A stretch of DNA of 64,000 bases from Candidatus Bathyarchaeia archaeon (lineage in GTDB: Archaea > Thermoproteota > Bathyarchaeia > 40CM-2-53-6). The notes below the pieces were generated by a model, which had not been told where the DNA came from, ran no database searches, and was given only the letters and a program-made list of their open reading frames with translations. Below are positions 10,040-18,040 of the stretch, piece by piece (the stretch's first letter is position 1; the number at the start of each line of letters is the position of its first letter). The stretch covers positions 158,048-222,047 of the forward strand of contig JBEKVV010000005.1 in the NCBI GenBank assembly GCA_049513715.1, read 5' to 3'. A program made the position numbers and the translations under genes.

Positions 10040-10071
10040 TCAGAGATGGGTCAGGGGATTTTGACCCCACT
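10040..10071 (+). repeat. R1 site 5 (right arm lost)
   Basis: TCAGAGATGGGTCA-GGGG-ATTTTGA-CCCC-ACT. Confidence 0.85.
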
Positions 10072-10175
10072 AGCCTGGTCTTGAGTACGTTTAACAGTAA
10101 CAGTGTAACAGTAATCTATCACGTCAAATGTCTCATTTTGAGATTATTGCGATGGGTTAGTCGGTGGTTCATGTT

Positions 10176-10217
10176 GGTTCAAATTCTGATGCTCGCACCA
10201 TTAGACCCCACACACAC
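10176..10217 (+). repeat. R2 site (T-loop form)
   Basis: GGTTCAAATTCTGATGCT-CGCACCA-TTAGACCCCACACACAC; 10177-10198 is the exact reverse complement of 56384-56405. Confidence 0.8.
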
Positions 10218-10318
10218 TGAACCCCACGATTCATTCCAAAGTTCAGGCATGATACCCAGACACATCGGCTAAAGCAACCTACATGAACAGAACCCGATGA
10301 GCTGGTCGTAGTGTAGAC

Positions 10319-10909
10319 TTGGACCAGCACATTGCCTTTGGGCCCGAAGAAACCGTAATCTTGATTGTGTGTCTTGTATGGGCGTTCAGTGAATTTGTGG
10401 GAGGTTACATTATCCCTCGTTTGCGAGGAAGAGGGACGGTCAAAGCGAGAAGTGATAAGGGTTCTAGCATGGTTATCTGGTTGAGTCTCTTTGTTTCGAT
10501 AACTATTGTCTTCTTTTTCGGGAAGAATGGTATCACGCTGCTGCCCGATTGGTTCTTCTATCTTGGGATACCGTTGATGGTGGCGGGAATTGCGTTTCGT
10601 CAGTGGGCGATCCTCGTATTGGGCCGGTTCTTCTCGACTACGGTTAAGATCATTAGCGACCACAGAATAATCAGTAATGGACCATACCGGCTTATTCGTC
10701 ACCCTACCTACGCCGGGTCACTCCTCACCCTCGTGGGCCTCGGTCTCGCCTCGAGAACATGGGGAGGCACACTGGTTATTGCGGCTCTGTTTGGGTTAGT
10801 CTACAACTACCGCATCAGTGTCGAAGAAAAAGCATTGAAAGCAGAGTTTGGACAGGAGTACGTTGACTACGCCGGAAAAACAAAGCGGTTAATCCCATTT
10901 CTGTTGTGA
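10319..10909 (+). CDS. Isoprenylcysteine carboxyl methyltransferase (ICMT/PEMT) family membrane protein
   Basis: GPYRLIRHPTY, RISVEEKAL..EFG.EY..Y and RLIPF motifs. Confidence 0.88.
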   Translation: MDQHIAFGPEETVILIVCLVWAFSEFVGGYIIPRLRGRGTVKARSDKGSSMVIWLSLFVSITIVFFFGKNGITLLPDWFFYLGIPLMVAGIAFRQWAILVLGRFFSTTVKIISDHRIISNGPYRLIRHPTYAGSLLTLVGLGLASRTWGGTLVIAALFGLVYNYRISVEEKALKAEFGQEYVDYAGKTKRLIPFLL

Positions 10910-11046
10910 ACGGGGATATCAACGCGGAGTGGGCATTCGCCCATCCTTTTCGGATTCGAACATCGTGGTTTTGGTCAAGCTCGTATTTGCAGCGGTGAAG
11001 GGCTTAGCTTGCGTTTCACTCAGCGTTCCGACAGCGGTAGCCATTT

Positions 11047-11463
11047 CTACTTTTCAAGTAGGCTTGTGAAGAAGTCGTGGTGTTCTTCTTCCTCAGCCTC
11101 TATTTCTTCGAACATCTCCTTCGTGGCTACGTCTCCTTCCTTGTGGGCTTGTTCCATGATTTCCTTGTACATTTTGATGGCGCCCTCTTCCGCCTTCACG
11201 TCTAGTGTCAACATTTCCGTCAGGTTTTCGCCGACTTTTATCGGGCTTGGTTGTATTGTCGGTTTTCCTCCGAGGTACCAGAGGCGTTCAGCCACCTTCT
11301 CGGCGTGCTTCATCTCATCAACAGCGATTTTCTTGATTCCCACAGTAACGGCGTAATGTTCAACGCCTTTCCATTGAACGTGTTGCCACATGTACTGAAT
11401 TGCTGCCTGCATCTCATCAGCGATCGCATTGTTCAACATTCCCAGCAGCTTCTCTGAAGCCAT
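11047..11463 (-). CDS. Ferritin-like (bacterioferritin-type) protein
   Basis: E..A..QY, DEMKHAE and EEEHH di-iron ligand motifs. Confidence 0.88.
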   Translation of the reverse strand: MASEKLLGMLNNAIADEMQAAIQYMWQHVQWKGVEHYAVTVGIKKIAVDEMKHAEKVAERLWYLGGKPTIQPSPIKVGENLTEMLTLDVKAEEGAIKMYKEIMEQAHKEGDVATKEMFEEIEAEEEEHHDFFTSLLEK

Positions 11464-11600
11464 TCAACACATCTCGACTACCACTCCTCAGAAGCCTCGA
11501 AATATACGACTTTTTTTCAGTAGTGAAAACTCCTCAGGACAGTGAATTACGTAGGGTAATTTATGTGACCTCTAGAAACACGTACTCAGCTTAGAGGCGG

Positions 11601-12393
11601 TTGTACTACGAAAGTTGTTGTCACGTCCGATCATCACTTGGGTTACGCAAATGCTGACAAGACAGCGTTCAACGCATTCCTCGACAACCTTAGTCAAGAA
11701 AGCGATGTTACGCACATGGTTCTTCTTGGAGATGTGGTGGATATGTGGAGGAGGGATGCTGCAGGGGTATTCCTGGAACACCACGACACAGTTGCTAAGC
11801 TTCTTGCTCTCAAATCCAAAGGGGTCCAGGTATTTTACGTGGCGGGAAATCATGATTATCATGTCGTGGATCTTGTCAACCCAGCATATCCCCTTGAGTT
11901 CAGGAAGGAATTGAGCCTGACTGATGGACAGTTCAATTATCGTTTCGTTCACGGCTACCAGTTCGATCCTGAACAGAAGATGCCTTTGATGGCATTCTTG
12001 TGTCGAGTAATGTCCGACCAAGGCGGTGCCCTAGAGAGTAACTTATGGGTAGATTTCAATAGCGTGAACAATATTTTCTCGAAGATAGAACCCTCTTTCG
12101 TAAAAGCAGATCTAGCAGCGATGGCTGAGCGGCTTCACCGGCGCCCTGAGGATAGACTAAAGGAGTCTCTCAATAAAATCAATATGACTGCTTGTAATGA
12201 AGTCAAGCCTGGGGAAGTTCTCATATTTGGTCACACCCACGTTCCATTCGTCAACAAAGCGGAAAACGTAGTGAACACCGGTTCTTGGGTTAAAGACGCT
12301 GTCATCCACAACACCTACGTGGAGCTTAGCGGTGGAAAGCCCAGACTCTTCGTGTACGGTGGACATGAAATAACTGAACGCACAGAACCTTGA
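11601..12393 (+). CDS. Metallophosphoesterase (LpxH-like); 5' end possibly frameshifted
   Basis: VVTSDHHLG motif lies upstream of the listed start (11638); GDVVD, GNHD, HG, FGHTH and NTGSW motifs; no in-frame start codon before the first motif. Confidence 0.75.
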
Positions 12394-12592
12394 CATCCTT
12401 CTTGTTCTCAAACTTTTCTTGCATAACAGCGTATCTCCAAGTGTGATTTTCCGCTTTTGTTTTGTTTCTGTGCTTTCACTCCTGACAAGCATGACTCGTG
12501 CGAGGAACTGAAACATGTTTTGCGTTCAACTGTTAACAAGAAAGAAGAAGAGAGAAACCACGGTCTGCTGTCTCCCTCTGCGGCGGATTGGG

Positions 12593-12760
12593 CTAGGTTT
12601 GTTTGATGGCGCCCTGTAATTTCGACATCAAATCCGGAGAGAGGGCACTCATTCCATGAGTCTTAGCATGGTCCATTCCTTTCTTCAATAGATCGTCTTT
12701 GTTCTCTGCCTCTAGCTCCATAGTGCATCCAGACATGGGGCACTTCAATTTGAAACCCAT
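12593..12760 (-). CDS. Small metal-binding protein, DUF1059-like (55 aa, not in ORF track)
   Basis: Manual translation MGFKLKCPMSGCTMELEAENKDDLLKKGMDHAKTHGMSALSPDLMSKLQGAIKQT; GAGGTGA ribosome-binding site upstream. Confidence 0.75.
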   Translation of the reverse strand: MGFKLKCPMSGCTMELEAENKDDLLKKGMDHAKTHGMSALSPDLMSKLQGAIKQT

Positions 12761-12928
12761 AAGATATTCACCTCTACGGGACGAGAGTTTGTAGTCCTAG
12801 AACATAAAAAATCTTCTAATACTGTCGTAATCACCAAAATGTGCACGTTCTCATACGAACGGCTTCTAAACGTCTAGCAAGCAACGGTAAGGAAAAAAAG
12901 TGGAACGAACTTCTGGGTGGCGGAAGTC

Positions 12929-13123
12929 CTATTTGGTCATGTCGACTATCTTGGCCTTAGAAGCATTGGTCTTGACTGATTCAACGCCTTTCATGCAGCC
13001 TTCTTTCGATTCGTAGCCCTGACCAGACGCTATCTCTTCGTCGTTCGAAGCTTTCAATCTCCACCTAAACTTGTCGGCATGGTCTTTGTAGACCTCGAAT
13101 TTTGGTTCCGCTGGCATATACAT
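12929..13123 (-). CDS. YegP/DUF1508 family protein
   Basis: FEVYKD...FRWRLKA.N.E.IA.G.GY.SK..C..G.ESVK signature. Confidence 0.85.
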   Translation of the reverse strand: MYMPAEPKFEVYKDHADKFRWRLKASNDEEIASGQGYESKEGCMKGVESVKTNASKAKIVDMTK

Positions 13124-13244
13124 TCACCTCCATTCTTCTTCCTTCATCTGCCTCGTGCCCAATGACCCGTTAACATTCAGAGCCCTAATCTGTTTTGCGA
13201 ACCTGTCAAATGGATGTTAAGAGAGAGGCATCCTGCGAATGTAC

Positions 13245-13272
13245 TTCAGGGATGGGGCAGGGATTTTGACCC
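13245..13272 (+). repeat. R1 site 6 (right arm lost)
   Basis: TTCAGGGATGGGGCA-GGG-ATTTTGA-CCC. Confidence 0.82.
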
Positions 13273-13339
13273 GAACTAAGTCGGAGTTAGACTATTACTG
13301 TTCGCTACAATAATCACTGGTTGTGGAGACGTCGACGGA

Positions 13340-13765
13340 ATGAAGCTTCTGTTTGTCTGTTCTGGCAATACGTGTCGAAGCCCTATGGCTGAAGGAATTG
13401 CTCGCAAGATGTTTGAAGCCAATGTTCACGTCGAAAGCGCTGGAACCCACGCCCATGTTAGGGACCCCCCGGCCACCAATGCTGTGAAAACCATGCGTGA
13501 CAAATTCGGAGTGGACATTTCGTCACATCGATCCCGGAGCGTAAATGACGTGCACATCGAGGAGTTCGATTACATTGTTCCAATGGCTGATGTTGTTCAA
13601 GACGATCTGAAGGAAAGTTTTCCAAGTTTAGGCGAAAAACTGATGCCCTCATGGAGAATAGATGATCCCTACCGTGGCGACCTCCGCACATATGAAGAAA
13701 CAGCCGCCAAAATTCAGAAACATATGGAAGAGCTTTCCATTTTCCTCAAGAAAACAAAGAGATGA
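13340..13765 (+). CDS. Low molecular weight phosphatase (LMW-PTP/ArsC family)
   Basis: FVCSGNTCRSPMAE P-loop, SAGT, DDPY; only gene between R1 sites 6 and 7 (~540 bp unit). Confidence 0.9.
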   Translation: MKLLFVCSGNTCRSPMAEGIARKMFEANVHVESAGTHAHVRDPPATNAVKTMRDKFGVDISSHRSRSVNDVHIEEFDYIVPMADVVQDDLKESFPSLGEKLMPSWRIDDPYRGDLRTYEETAAKIQKHMEELSIFLKKTKR

Positions 13766-13789
13766 TTCGGAGAACTATGCGTGCACAGT

Positions 13790-13834
13790 GAGTGAGTAGG
13801 GGATTTGAGCCCCAATTTACCGGTACATATAAGC
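13790..13834 (+). repeat. R1 site 7 (left arm degenerate)
   Basis: GAGTA-GGGG-ATTTGAG-CCCC-AATTTACCGGTACATATAAGC. Confidence 0.88.
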
Positions 13835-13864
13835 GCTTAAGCGAGAATTCGCAAAGGCGGTTCC

Positions 13865-14050
13865 TCACGCCTGACGCATTATTTGTAATTGTTCAGCTTG
13901 TTGTTTGAGCGCTAAACTCATCTTGTCAAATTCCTTCTGTGTGTCCTTTATTGTCTTTGAGAGAAATGGTAGAAAGAGGCATGTTTGCCATTGAATGGCC
14001 CGGGAATCCACAAGTGCTCCTTCCAAAGCAACTGCGGGGCGAGTTATCAG
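13865..14050 (-). pseudogene. Remnant resembling the C-terminus of an SRPBCC-family protein
   Basis: Fragments QLLWKEHLWIPGPFNGKH and LFLPFLSKTIKDTQKEFDKMSLALKQQAE lie in different frames. Confidence 0.4.
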
Positions 14051-14331
14051 GAGGATTCTGGTGAGTCTAACCACGGGTCTCACCAAGCGGTACTGTTATT
14101 CCACGAAATGAGAAGAGACTCCTGCAATTCACAAGGTAATTTGATACTTTGCGTATATGCAATACATACATGTGGAACCAAAATTGTTGAGCTGACAAGC
14201 ATATTCGGCGATGTCACCGGCCTCAAGATTGTGGCACTCAACAAGTTGGTTGTTTCAAGTTCGAGAAAGAATCGCCTTGAGGTAGACATAGATAATTAGT
14301 GTGACATTATCATGCGTCGAAGGATAGGCCT

Positions 14332-15237
14332 TTGACCAAGGTCCTAGATGTCATTGGGGGTCTGATTTTTGGTGGAGTTGTCTGGATTATCCTCAATGTA
14401 CTTCTTACATTCATTCCCATTATCGGATGGATATTTGCGGCCTTCATCGGTGGCTACCTTGCCGGCCGGTTTGGAGGAACAATCGCCGCAGTAATACTTG
14501 CTGTCATCGCGCCGATAGTAATAGGGATGCTTGGAGCTTCCCTAATTGCCCTCTTGTCAGCGATAATTCCCGTTCCGATTCTTTGGAGGCTCGCGAGCGG
14601 GATTTTGGGAACCGTAATAGCACTTTGGGCGTTGGTCAACCTGACGTTTGTAGGTCTCGGCGGATATGTGGGAAACAAGGCTTACAGATCCTCAAGATGT
14701 CCCAAATGTGGAGAGAAGATTACGAAAGGAGTCTCGGTATGTCCGAACTGTGGCAGGGATCTCAACTTGAAAGTTCCGACTGAAGAAAAAACAGAGAGCA
14801 GATCGCCTGAGAACCAGAAGGTTGCCAGACATGAAGCTTCAGAGCCGCAACAAGGAGACGTATCAAGAGTCGCTCAAATCGATCATGTGATGGACGATTT
14901 GAAACGAAAGTTTGCTGACGGCAAGATTAACGAGGACACCTACAAGTACTTGAAGAACAAAGCGGAGGAAGAACTGCGAAACGAATTTGAGAAAATGATT
15001 AGACCGGTGGAAGAGCCTCCCCAGCAAGCGAATGTTTTGAGCTCGACGAAGTCAGACGCTGCCGGAGAGGCCTCCGGAGACGGAATGACGCATGTGAGTG
15101 CCCCTGAACCCGGTACCGAGAAGCCGGAACCAGTACGCGTGATCGGCATACGTCAGAAGCCGCAAATCTTCAGCGCCAAAGTAGTGGGCGTAAGAAAGAC
15201 CGAGAAGGAGAAAACGCTTAACCAGCCAGAACATTGA
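14332..15237 (+). CDS. Membrane protein with zinc ribbon and short SHOCT-like segment
   Basis: N-terminal TM helices, CPKCG...CPNCG, LKRKFADGKINEDTY. Confidence 0.7.
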   Translation: MTKVLDVIGGLIFGGVVWIILNVLLTFIPIIGWIFAAFIGGYLAGRFGGTIAAVILAVIAPIVIGMLGASLIALLSAIIPVPILWRLASGILGTVIALWALVNLTFVGLGGYVGNKAYRSSRCPKCGEKITKGVSVCPNCGRDLNLKVPTEEKTESRSPENQKVARHEASEPQQGDVSRVAQIDHVMDDLKRKFADGKINEDTYKYLKNKAEEELRNEFEKMIRPVEEPPQQANVLSSTKSDAAGEASGDGMTHVSAPEPGTEKPEPVRVIGIRQKPQIFSAKVVGVRKTEKEKTLNQPEH

Positions 15238-16010
15238 GAAACAGGAATGAGCTAATCCGGGTGAGCGTTGACATGATACGCATAAGCGTTCTGGAACCTG
15301 TCACAAGCCAGATCGTCGACCTCGATGCAAACCCTAGCGCGACCGTCGGAGAGATCACCAACATTGTCGCCAATCAACTAGGACTGCCCAAAAGGAATTA
15401 CACACTTGACATACACGGAAGGCGATTGAGTTCACATGTCACTTTGGCTCAAGCAGGTATTGTCGACAAAGATGAATTGACGCTCGCACAGCCTGCGGTT
15501 ACAGAGTGGGGCCTCAAGAGACCGTCACTTAAACTGTTTTCATCTAGGAAGGCTCTATTCGCCTTGTCGATGCTAATTATAGTCGTCCTCTCTTTGGCAA
15601 GCGTGTATTTTGTAAGTCAGCTTCCTGGCTCGCCTTCTACCACATCCAATGGCCAACCGTTTGATTTCTCAGTAATAGCGAGTCATACCGATGGAACCCC
15701 CGTGACTACAATTGTCCTCTGTGGAGCGGGTTACTCGGAGCTTGCCATTTCGATTTTGCCAATTTCCGGGAATCCACGATCAGTGAACCTAGTCGTGCGT
15801 GATGTTGAGTCACACCCGTTGTTTATAGATGGCATTTCTCTCTCTCAAACCTCAGGAATACCTCCATTCACCTCCACTCTGCTCATCCGAGCCAATTACA
15901 ACTATGCCCACGAGGGCGACACTTATGTTCTGACGCTAGTAGGGGACGACTTAGTCGGTCAACTTCACACGCTTTCAATCACTGTAGTCTATCAATGCCG
16001 GGCTTTATGA
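15234..16010 (+). CDS. Membrane protein with N-terminal ubiquitin-like (EsaB/YukD-type) domain and external beta-rich domain
   Basis: IRISV...TVGEI...LGL....YTL...G.RL....TLAQAGIVDKDELTL beta-grasp pattern, then one TM helix. Confidence 0.6.
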   Translation: MRNRNELIRVSVDMIRISVLEPVTSQIVDLDANPSATVGEITNIVANQLGLPKRNYTLDIHGRRLSSHVTLAQAGIVDKDELTLAQPAVTEWGLKRPSLKLFSSRKALFALSMLIIVVLSLASVYFVSQLPGSPSTTSNGQPFDFSVIASHTDGTPVTTIVLCGAGYSELAISILPISGNPRSVNLVVRDVESHPLFIDGISLSQTSGIPPFTSTLLIRANYNYAHEGDTYVLTLVGDDLVGQLHTLSITVVYQCRAL

Positions 16011-16167
16011 CAACACGCAATCAGCTTGCCACTCAAAATTGAGCTGAGTACATCTAGAACGATCGGTAAACGAGTTGACATTAAGAAGACTTAGTCGAGG
16101 ATGCCGCTGGATCTATTGACCGTAGGAAGCCGAAACATCCGACCGATTAGAATCCTCTGGTGCTTTC

Positions 16168-16962
16168 TTATTTGAGGTTGGAGGATCTGAGGTCTAGCGA
16201 GGTCGAATAGTGGATTCCTTGTTCTGAAAGTGACTTGGAAGGTTCCAATAACCTATCACTGTTCCAGAGCTCAAATCTCTCTCCTCCACGCTGTTGAGGC
16301 GTGTGATCTTTGAGAAGTTCATGCACTACGTTGCCTACCCGTGTGGTTGTGGGCATTCGGAAATGACGGATAGCTCCAAGCTGCGGTGCCCGCACAGTCA
16401 CATACGCTGTTTCGTCTTCGACCACTGATATTCCTCTATGCCACGGAAGGTCAGGTGCCGTTACTTCCCAGTGCCACCCGCAACTCGAACAGCAATAACG
16501 CTGAACGACAGCATCAAATGCAGGCACATCTTTGACTGGTTCATTGGTTTTCAGGCACACAGGACAGGTCTTCGCAAGCCCAGGCGTTAGGTACAAAAAC
16601 AACCGATCGTTGTTCTGTATATCGTTGTTTTTGAACGACAAGGCGGGGTCGACGGTCCATCGCATGCGTTTGCCAAACTGTTCGGAGGCTCGAATAATCG
16701 TTGTTATACGCGGGTTCAAATCTAGCTTCTCGCAAGCTTCCACCTTGAGTCTCCCGACAATCTGCTCAAGCTCGACATCGAAGGCCTCGTCTAGCATTTC
16801 TCTCGTCTTCACGGCACAGAAGTATACTTTCAATTCAATCATCCCAGCTGCCATCGATTCATGCCTCTTCAGGAATTCACAGAATTTCACGCCAATCATT
16901 GAGGCGTAATAAGGCTGAATGGCAAGATTCATGCGAAATTGACGTGGTGATTCCGCGAACAT
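16168..16962 (-). CDS. Protein with two ubiquitin-like domains flanking a zinc ribbon (start uncertain, maybe ~16854)
   Basis: SFKNNDIQNNDRLFL and LLEPSKSLSEQGIHYSTSLDL Ubl-type C-terminal patterns; CPVC...CSSC. Confidence 0.55.
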   Translation of the reverse strand: MFAESPRQFRMNLAIQPYYASMIGVKFCEFLKRHESMAAGMIELKVYFCAVKTREMLDEAFDVELEQIVGRLKVEACEKLDLNPRITTIIRASEQFGKRMRWTVDPALSFKNNDIQNNDRLFLYLTPGLAKTCPVCLKTNEPVKDVPAFDAVVQRYCCSSCGWHWEVTAPDLPWHRGISVVEDETAYVTVRAPQLGAIRHFRMPTTTRVGNVVHELLKDHTPQQRGGERFELWNSDRLLEPSKSLSEQGIHYSTSLDLRSSNLK

Positions 16963-16964
16963 GC

Positions 16965-17015
16965 TTCAGGGATGGGTCAGGGGATTTTGACTCCAATTTA
17001 CCGGTACATATAAGC
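16965..17015 (+). repeat. R1 site 8
   Basis: TTCAGGGATGGGTCA-GGGG-ATTTTGA-CTCC-AATTTACCGGTACATATAAGC. Confidence 0.92.
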
Positions 17016-17038
17016 TAGCAATGCAACGAGCAACGTCA

Positions 17039-17132
17039 GTTCAAATTACGTTGTCCGCACCGTCACTGCCACACACACTCAAAATGACGGTTCAAATTCC
17101 ACCGCTCACACCAGTAGACCCCCACACACACA
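17039..17132 (+). repeat. Two tandem R2 sites
   Basis: GTTCAAATTACGTTGTCCGCACCGTCACTGCCACACACAC and GGTTCAAATTCCACCGCTCACACCAGTAGACCCCCACACACACA. Confidence 0.75.
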
Positions 17133-17184
17133 GGAACAAGTCCCGCTCAAACGACGATAAGACGCCACTAGTTCACAATAGTGA

Positions 17185-17679
17185 TTGATGTCATTCTTAT
17201 ATGACATGAATGTGGTGCAGGAAATTACTATCCCACCAACTGAGGAGAAATGTATAATGGGAAAACGAAATCAGGTTCAGCACGTTATTGAGTGGACTAT
17301 CTCTGGCGGAAAAGCCGATGCCTTCAAACATAGTGTCCCAGTGGTTTCAATTGTGATCTTGGTCATTATTTTTTCCACTTTTCTAGCAAGTCAATTAGGC
17401 AGAAATGTCTGGACGAGTACAATTCTGATGGTTCTGTTTGGGGTCATCGGAATAGCTGGACTTGTTAAACTTAGAAATCCTGTAATCTTAGAACTTGGTG
17501 CTATTGGTTTCGTGGCAGATATCGTGTGGGAGCTTTATGGAACTGGAAATCGATTGTGGAGTTATTATCATTCGCCGTTTTACATGATAGGTGGAACTTT
17601 GCCAATAGAAATAGCAGTGTTATACTTTTTCTTAGGGATGACTGCAGCGGTTTATGCACTATACAGATTGGAAAAATAG
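17185..17679 (+). CDS. Hypothetical membrane protein (start uncertain)
   Basis: About 4 hydrophobic segments in the C-terminal two-thirds. Confidence 0.5.
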   Translation: MMSFLYDMNVVQEITIPPTEEKCIMGKRNQVQHVIEWTISGGKADAFKHSVPVVSIVILVIIFSTFLASQLGRNVWTSTILMVLFGVIGIAGLVKLRNPVILELGAIGFVADIVWELYGTGNRLWSYYHSPFYMIGGTLPIEIAVLYFFLGMTAAVYALYRLEK

Positions 17680-17725
17680 TGAAGCATCGCTTTCAATCTG
17701 TTCCTCTCAGTCACATGATCCGGTG

Positions 17726-17810
17726 GTGTGTGGGTCTGGTGGTGCCCACACACACTAAAACGACGTGGGAACGACGTACGACGACGGTTCAAATCCCTCT
17801 CCCGGCGCCA
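17726..17810. repeat. Inverted R2 site plus tRNA-Ser-like 3'-end remnant
   Basis: GTGTGTGGGTCTGGTGGTGC at 17726; GGTTCAAATCCCTCTCCCGGCGCCA at 17786-17810 (T-loop, acceptor strand, G discriminator, CCA). Confidence 0.7.
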
Positions 17811-18040
17811 ATTTGTTGGTACGTGTAAATAGCTGATTATGGCAATAATGATGAGCATTCTAGTAACGAAACTCATCATATGTCCTCTTCACCAAGGAGC
17901 CTATTTGTGTATGTCACTTCTCACAATCATGATGAGTCATGTGAAGGGATTGAATGTGAGCCCGTTTAGGTGGCAGCATGATTCTACCCATGCCGAGGTC
18001 TTAAGTACTTAGCATAAGCATGTAGCTGTTAGAAACTTTC

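Noticed and set aside
10912..10926. GGGGATATCAACGCG (and GATTTAGCCCCAATT near 1623) as further R1 sites
   Set aside because: Core-like only, with no recognisable arms; could be chance or very old scars, so not counted.
17786..17810. Functional tRNA gene
   Set aside because: Only the T-loop and acceptor 3' strand are present; no 5' half or anticodon arm. The same applies to the remnants at 2139-2439 and 48447-48526.
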